Positions 28,339 to 33,454 of a stretch of DNA of 33,454 nucleotides are shown one piece after another; position 1 is the stretch's first letter, and each line of letters begins with the position of its first letter. The stretch comes from a virus (taxonomy: Duplodnaviria > Caudoviricetes): IMG/VR virus record IMGVR_UViG_3300036793_000125, positions 1-33,454 of that record; one strand, 5' to 3'. Under the pieces are notes generated by a model. That model did not search any database. It had not been told where the DNA came from and saw nothing but the letters and a program-made list of their open reading frames with translations. Both the position numbers and the translations under genes were made by a program.

Positions 28339-29768
28339 CCACCACAGTCGACGGCGTCAATGTCGCGTTGGCGGCCAAGGTGCTGCGTTCGCTGGCCGCC
28401 GGCCGCACGCACCGGTTCGTCGCCGCTGACTGCCACATCGCCGTCGACCTGGTCGAGACGATCGAGGAGTTCTACTGCAGCGAGACCGATGGCGACTCGG
28501 TAGTGCTCGAGCAGACGATCGTCGATCTCGAACGCACGGTCGCGCTAGGCCGCGGCCAGCTGCTCGTCGACTTCGACCTGACCGGCGAGGACGAGCGACG
28601 CCCTGAAGCGGTCGTGGCCATGAGGTGTCGAAACTGTGGCTGCACCAGCGCGACCCTCGCAACGAACCTCTACCACTGGGTCGAGCCGGATCTCTGCTCG
28701 GGATGCGTCCAGCCCACAGCAGAAGTCGCCACCCATGAGATACGGGATATTTTGCTGCGTAACGCGATTCCCGTTACGCCCGAGCCGGTAGAGACCCGGC
28801 CGGCGCCGTTCGTGCGGGCCGTTCCGTGCTCGCTGCTGTTCGTCGACCACTCATATCAGCGTGCCGCTGACGAGCGGCGGCTGCGGAAGATGATCGCCGA
28901 GTTCGACGAGACGCGTCTGGGCGTGCTCGAGGTGTCCGACCGCGGCGACGGCAAGTACGCAGTCGTCGAGGGCCAGCATCGGTGGCTGGCCGCCCGGGAG
29001 GCGATGGCCACTGACACCGCCCCCGATCCGTACCTGGTTTGCCAGGTGCACCGGGGCCTGGACCTGCAGGCCGAGGCGGCGCTGTTCTACGAGATCGACC
29101 GCGGCCGCAAACCGCTGTCCGGCTGGGACCGGTGGAAAGCACGTGTCGCATCCGGTGACGAGGCCGCGGTCGCGATCGAGGCCACCATCGCCGCGTTCGG
29201 GTTCAAGATCGACCCGGCCCCGCGGGACGGCTCGATCGGAGCGACGGGCGCGCTCGAGCGGATCGTCGACCTCGGCGACCTGAAGCTGCTCGCCGACACG
29301 CTCTCGGTCATCAGCAGCTCCTACGGCAAGGCTCGCGACGGCGTCGACGGCCACCTCCTGCACGGCCTGGCGCTCGTGCTGTGGAACTACGACCTCGACG
29401 TCGAGCTGTCAGTCGACAAGCTCGTTCTCGCGATGCAGTCCACGCCACCACGCAATATCAAGGCCCGGGCGCAGGCGCTGAAGGAAGGGCATCGGGCCGA
29501 GATCCCGCGGCTAGCCGCCGCGGTCATCGTCGATCGTTACAACGCCCAGCCAGGACGTGGTGTCGAGCCGCTTCTCGAGCGGCTGCCGGCTTCGTCGAGA
29601 ATCAGCGGCCCGAACGGACGTAAGACGGCCGAGCTTGCGCGGATCCGTCGGTGGGCCGCGCGTCATGGCTTCCCCGCAGCCGGCCACGACGGCGGCATAC
29701 CCACCGCGACGATCGCCGCCTACAAGCAAGGCGAAGGCGCCACGCGACTCACCGTGGTCGGCCGATGA
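28335..29768 (+). CDS. Multidomain protein: Zn ribbon + ParB-like (DUF6551-type) domain + Lsr2-like C-terminus
   Basis: CRNCGC..CSGC; 'VDHSYQR', 'VVEGQHR', 'EAALF'; 'IRRWAARHG..GIP...IAAY'. Confidence 0.8.
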   Translation: MTTTVDGVNVALAAKVLRSLAAGRTHRFVAADCHIAVDLVETIEEFYCSETDGDSVVLEQTIVDLERTVALGRGQLLVDFDLTGEDERRPEAVVAMRCRNCGCTSATLATNLYHWVEPDLCSGCVQPTAEVATHEIRDILLRNAIPVTPEPVETRPAPFVRAVPCSLLFVDHSYQRAADERRLRKMIAEFDETRLGVLEVSDRGDGKYAVVEGQHRWLAAREAMATDTAPDPYLVCQVHRGLDLQAEAALFYEIDRGRKPLSGWDRWKARVASGDEAAVAIEATIAAFGFKIDPAPRDGSIGATGALERIVDLGDLKLLADTLSVISSSYGKARDGVDGHLLHGLALVLWNYDLDVELSVDKLVLAMQSTPPRNIKARAQALKEGHRAEIPRLAAAVIVDRYNAQPGRGVEPLLERLPASSRISGPNGRKTAELARIRRWAARHGFPAAGHDGGIPTATIAAYKQGEGATRLTVVGR

Positions 29769-30070
29769 GCGATCGCCGCAAGCCGCCGATCCTCCGCCAA
29801 GGCGGACTGACCGGCCGCGTCTACGTCATCACCGCCTACACCGTCGAATACGGGCCGAACGGCGAACACCTCAGCGAGACCGCGCGGACCAAATTCGACG
29901 TCACCGAGCAGTACCTGGCGATCGCCGGCGACGAACGGAGCAGGGCCATCGATGAGGTCCTCGCGGCGATCGACGAGATCCCGCCCGGCAGCTACGCCGA
30001 CGACCCCGCATACCTGACCGGCATTAGCCGCGCCTATCAAGCCGCCGCAAACCTGCGAGCGCGTTTGTGA
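29765..30070 (+). CDS. Hypothetical protein
   Basis: ATGA coupling; 'LTGRVY..KFDVT'. Confidence 0.7.
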   Translation: MSDRRKPPILRQGGLTGRVYVITAYTVEYGPNGEHLSETARTKFDVTEQYLAIAGDERSRAIDEVLAAIDEIPPGSYADDPAYLTGISRAYQAAANLRARL

Positions 30071-30348
30071 CCGCCGCATGTTGGAACTGCGGCCACCAGC
30101 ATGAGGAGGCCGTCGAAGGCGGGCCCGCTGGTCAGCGCCGCACCGACTATGAGCCGCGCCCAGGTGAGCCGGCCGTCTGTCTGAGCTGCTGCGGCCTCGC
30201 CATTTTCACCGGCGATGGCCTCGATACCCGCAAGCCCACCGAGGCCGAGTTCGAGCAGCTCAAGCAGCTCCCCGAGGTCGTCAGCACCGTGGCGCTCGTG
30301 TACCGGGCACGCCTTGCGCGACGTCGATCAAAGGCGCGATGGAACTGA
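30067..30348 (+). CDS. Hypothetical Zn-binding protein
   Basis: CWNC and CLSC; GTGA coupling. Confidence 0.75.
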   Translation: MTAACWNCGHQHEEAVEGGPAGQRRTDYEPRPGEPAVCLSCCGLAIFTGDGLDTRKPTEAEFEQLKQLPEVVSTVALVYRARLARRRSKARWN

Positions 30349-30397
30349 CCGACCTGACGACAGCAGCCCCGACGAGCCTGATGGGTGGATCTCAGAC

Positions 30398-31357
30398 GTG
30401 CCGTTCTTCCTGGTGGATGACCAGCTACAGGTCAACCAGAAACCGACCGCCCTCATCGAGCTCGAGGGCGCGAACGGCGCGGCCGCGTTGGGCCTGTGGA
30501 CGATGGCCGGATCGCTGAGCCAGGCCAAGGGCTCCGACGGAGTGCTGAGCATCGGCGACCTCATCCGCCTGCTGCTCGACCGGCGGCTGGCGTTGAAGCT
30601 GGCCAATTTGCTCGTCAAGCACTCGCTCTGGCACGGCCCCGATCATGACTGCGGAAAATGCCCGCCCGTCGAGGCGGGCACATTCCTGTTCCACGACTGG
30701 TTCGGCATGGGCTATGACCCGGGCGTGAAGGTGACCGCGACCCGCGATCGCCGCAAAGAGCTGAAGAAGGCCGACATCATCGAGGCGGTCTGGCTGCGCG
30801 ATCAGGGCATCTGCCGCTACTGCGGTCACCAGATGAGCCGCGGCGACAAGCGATCAGACCGCCGGCCAACCCTGGATCACGTCATTCCCGGTCTCGCTCG
30901 AGGTGTCACCAACCTCGTGCTGGCCTGCCTGAAGTGCAACCAAAAGAAGGGCCAACGCACACCCGAACAGGCCGGAATGGTGCTGCTGCCGCCACCTGGT
31001 CAACCTGACAGCCCAGCAGAAACGGGCCCTGCAGCGCCCGATCAAAATCAAAACCAGATCACCAATCAAACAGATCCAGCGTCAGATCCGACGCTGATTC
31101 CGGCTATCCCCCATAAGGGCAAGGTAAGGGAAAGGTCAGGTCCGGGTTCTGGTCGAGGTGACGGTCTAGGTCACGTCCGGGACGGACCCGCTGGTCACGC
31201 ACCAGATCCCGGCACGCCCGGCCGCTTCGGATCGCCGTGGGCCAACTGGACCGGTCCGCCCGCTGATCCGACGTTGTCCGTCTGTCCGTACCACGGCCTT
31301 CATCAGCCATGCCGAAAATGCGCTGATGCCACCTACGCATCGGAGCTCAATCCATGA
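30398..31357 (+). CDS. Replication-initiator-like protein with HNH domain
   Basis: N-terminal 'PFFLVDD..ALGLW..GS...SDG..LV..LW..FHDW' type domain; RDQGICRYC..DHVIP..NLVLACLKCNQKK HNH. Confidence 0.75.
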   Translation: MPFFLVDDQLQVNQKPTALIELEGANGAAALGLWTMAGSLSQAKGSDGVLSIGDLIRLLLDRRLALKLANLLVKHSLWHGPDHDCGKCPPVEAGTFLFHDWFGMGYDPGVKVTATRDRRKELKKADIIEAVWLRDQGICRYCGHQMSRGDKRSDRRPTLDHVIPGLARGVTNLVLACLKCNQKKGQRTPEQAGMVLLPPPGQPDSPAETGPAAPDQNQNQITNQTDPASDPTLIPAIPHKGKVRERSGPGSGRGDGLGHVRDGPAGHAPDPGTPGRFGSPWANWTGPPADPTLSVCPYHGLHQPCRKCADATYASELNP

Positions 31358-32304
31358 CCCGCAACCAGGCCGTCGCTTCGACGTCGGCCAAAGACCAGGA
31401 GGAGGTCACGGCCGATGCGATGGAGCTGCTCGCGTTGCAGCGTGTCCTCGCGGCCGCGCTCGCACGTGACAGCGCCGGTCCGTCCGCCGGCAAGGCCGAG
31501 CGTCATGGCAGCGGCGGGGCGAAGGGCTCGGCGGCGAGCATCAATCTCGAGGTGCTCGAGGTGGCCGTCGTGCTTGAGACAGGCATCGATCAATTCGCGG
31601 CTGAGGCCGTGCGGATCCTGAATCTCGATCGCCGGCCTCGCACTGTGTTCAGCGTGATCGTCGCGATTCCGGATTGGCACCGGGCTCTGGTCGCGGCTGG
31701 CCAGCCGTTGGCCCGGCATCTACGTGGTGACCTCGAGAAGTGGCTGCGCATGACGCGCCGCGCTGTCGGCCTGCAGCGCCGGGACATCGTGTTGCGGTCG
31801 CTGTGTCCCGATCACCGCGGCATGTCCGGCCCGCTCTGCGCCGGCGAGTGCACACACACCTCGTGTGTGCAGATCGCCGCGTCGCGCAAGCCGACCAATC
31901 TGCGCCAGCTCGGCGAGCAGGCCGCGATCGCCGAGTCGCTCGCTGCCGGCCCGCCGCGTGATGGCCGGTTGTCGTTCGGTCCCACGTGCGCCGTGGCATG
32001 CACACATCTGTCGTGTGAGTGGATCCGCGAGCGCCGCTTGGTGCTGCCCGATCCGCCATCACCAGCTCGTCGACGTCGACGTCGACGTCCGCAACCGTCC
32101 GCGTCGGATTGGGTGGTGCGCGTCGGCGAAACGGTGTGGGAATCACAGTCGGCCGAGCCTGCGTTCACCTGGTCGGCCACCGCCGTCATCCACTGCCCGC
32201 ACTGCCGGCGCCGCTGGGCAACCGTCGTCGAGCGTCGGCTCCTGGCCCGCGAGCTCGCCACCGCAGGCGACGACCGCTCCACCGTCGAGAGGATGCTCGC
32301 ATGA
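31354..32304 (+). CDS. Hypothetical Cys-rich protein (possible late transcription regulator)
   Basis: ATGA coupling; CPDH, two CxxxCTHxSC motifs, C-terminal CPHC..W; end of early region. Confidence 0.65.
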   Translation: MTRNQAVASTSAKDQEEVTADAMELLALQRVLAAALARDSAGPSAGKAERHGSGGAKGSAASINLEVLEVAVVLETGIDQFAAEAVRILNLDRRPRTVFSVIVAIPDWHRALVAAGQPLARHLRGDLEKWLRMTRRAVGLQRRDIVLRSLCPDHRGMSGPLCAGECTHTSCVQIAASRKPTNLRQLGEQAAIAESLAAGPPRDGRLSFGPTCAVACTHLSCEWIRERRLVLPDPPSPARRRRRRRPQPSASDWVVRVGETVWESQSAEPAFTWSATAVIHCPHCRRRWATVVERRLLARELATAGDDRSTVERMLA

Positions 32305-32495
32305 GCGTGCGAATCACCGTCACAGCGAGCAAGCTCAGCCTCGATGTGACGTTAGGCAAACGCGAAGCGCCAGCCACTACGGACTCGACACCCGCAGAGC
32401 CAGCTAGCCATCTCGGCGCCGTGACTCAAACCGCGCCAAGGGAATACGCGATGTCCCGGCGCGAAGGCGCCAAAGCGTTCGGCTTCGAGACGTGA
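32301..32495 (+). CDS. Hypothetical protein
   Basis: ATGA and GTGA coupling; ends FGFET. Confidence 0.6.
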   Translation: MSVRITVTASKLSLDVTLGKREAPATTDSTPAEPASHLGAVTQTAPREYAMSRREGAKAFGFET

Positions 32496-32731
32496 CCTCA
32501 GGTAGCGAGAACAGACGCCGACAGCGCGTGATCCTCGTGCGCGTGACTGATCAGGAATTAGCGACGATCAGACAGGTGGCTGCTCAGCGCGGCGTGAGCG
32601 CTGCCGGCCTGCTGCGATCCAGCGCGTTAGCGGATGCCGTTACCTGGGCGATGGCCTTCGATGCGGTCCCGGGTCTCATTGCCGCAGGTGTTGCATGTCC
32701 AGATCCGGCCGCTCACGCCGCCGGTGGATGA
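32492..32731 (+). CDS. Ribbon-helix-helix protein (MobC/MobA-like)
   Basis: 'SENRRRQRVILVRVTDQELATI..AAQRGVS.AGLLR..AL'. Confidence 0.75.
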   Translation: MTSGSENRRRQRVILVRVTDQELATIRQVAAQRGVSAAGLLRSSALADAVTWAMAFDAVPGLIAAGVACPDPAAHAAGG

Positions 32732-32836
32732 GTTGGTGAACGATCCGCGCGGCCGCCAGTCAGCGCCGCACTTCGGGCAAGCGAGGGGCGTGACTTCCGC
32801 CCACGTTCCGTCTGGTCGCTGTCTCAGTTCGGCCAT
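32627..32836 (-). CDS. Small Zn-ribbon protein on opposite strand
   Basis: CPKC..WTCNTC; TAGCCT -10 element 7 nt before ATG. Confidence 0.55.
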   Translation of the reverse strand: MAELRQRPDGTWAEVTPLACPKCGADWRPRGSFTNSSTGGVSGRIWTCNTCGNETRDRIEGHRPGNGIR

Positions 32837-32854
32837 GACCGTCAGGCTAGTCGC

Positions 32855-33043
32855 GTGCCCGAGCTAGCTCCTGTGTTGCTCGACGGGCCCGCTATCGCCG
32901 CGGCGTTGGGCCTGAACCCTGGCACGATCCGCAACTGGGCAACGGCCGGCGAGATCGATCGCCGCGGTCATGATGAGATGGGTCGCACACTCTACGATCT
33001 GGACCAAGTAGAGCAGCGGATGAAACGCGCACCGCGTCGCTGA
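32855..33043 (+). CDS. MerR/excisionase-like HTH protein
   Basis: 'AIAAALGLNPGTIRNWATAGEI..G.TLYDL'. Confidence 0.8.
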   Translation: MPELAPVLLDGPAIAAALGLNPGTIRNWATAGEIDRRGHDEMGRTLYDLDQVEQRMKRAPRR

Positions 33044-33086
33044 TGTGTCACAATGACAGCTGATTGCAGTACCACAGTTATGCCCG

Positions 33087-33120
33087 AAGGACCGACGAGC
33101 TTCAATCTCGCCGGTCCTTT
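33087..33120 (+). terminator. Hairpin/terminator upstream of packaging HNH gene
   Basis: aaggaccg.cgag-loop-ctcg.cggtcctt followed by TT. Confidence 0.6.
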
Positions 33121-33143
33121 GTCGTCGATGGGAGTTGCCATCG

Positions 33144-33407
33144 ATGCCTGAGTTCCTATCCGTGCACGACCTGCGCCAGCGCAAGCGCCAGATCCTGGCC
33201 GTCGCCACGCACTGCGCGCTGTGTCGGGAGCCGCTGCAATTCGATGCGCCACCGCGATCACCGATGTCGCCATCGGTCGACCACAAGGTTGCACGCGAGC
33301 TCGGCGGCGATGACAGCTGGCAGAACTTGCAGCCAGCACACTTCGGCTGCAACGGACGCAAGGGTTACCGACCGGTCGCTGTCCTCAAGACCTGCCGAGC
33401 ATGGTGA
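33144..33407 (+). CDS. HNH endonuclease (HK97 gp74-like packaging cofactor)
   Basis: CALC..SVDH..GG..NLQPAHFGCNGRKG; immediately upstream of terS on the circle. Confidence 0.9.
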   Translation: MPEFLSVHDLRQRKRQILAVATHCALCREPLQFDAPPRSPMSPSVDHKVARELGGDDSWQNLQPAHFGCNGRKGYRPVAVLKTCRAW

Positions 33408-33434
33408 GACCCGGGGGCGGGTAAAAGTCTGGCC

Positions 33435-33454
33435 AGATCGGCCAAATGGACCGA
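33435..33454 (+). repeat. Terminal 20 bp direct repeat, right copy
   Basis: Identical to 1-20. Confidence 0.95.

Overview
The window appears to be a complete, circularly assembled ~33.4 kb GC-rich temperate siphovirus genome (bases 1-20 are identical to 33435-33454), most likely of a non-mycolic-acid actinobacterium (LAXTG sortase substrate, Lsr2-like domain, DUF1906-type lysin, no recognisable LysB). Order: cos-like end region, terminase small/large, HK97-type portal, protease and capsid, head-tail and tail genes with a short tape measure, then an expanded lysis cassette (lysin, holin, single-HKD phospholipase D-like protein, membrane proteins, papain-like C1 protease) and a terminator. A leftward lysogeny block follows (DUF4429/SHOCT, membrane protein, XRE HTH, arm-less tyrosine integrase, repressor), then divergent leaderless promoters and a rightward early region (Cro-like HTH, LAXTG surface protein, protein with a 62-hexamer poly-Ala repeat, two ParB-like proteins, HNH-bearing replication-initiator-like protein, RHH, HTH, packaging HNH). 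The most notable points are a probable integration-dependent immunity switch with att-like sites in and next to the repressor, shared SspB-like 'LRIV' C-terminal tags on several proteins, a probable ATC start for the integrase, the hexamer repeat, the PLD + papain module, and a ParB-like/Lsr2-like fusion lacking the AT-hook. Family assignments come from motif recognition and synteny; no database searches were run.
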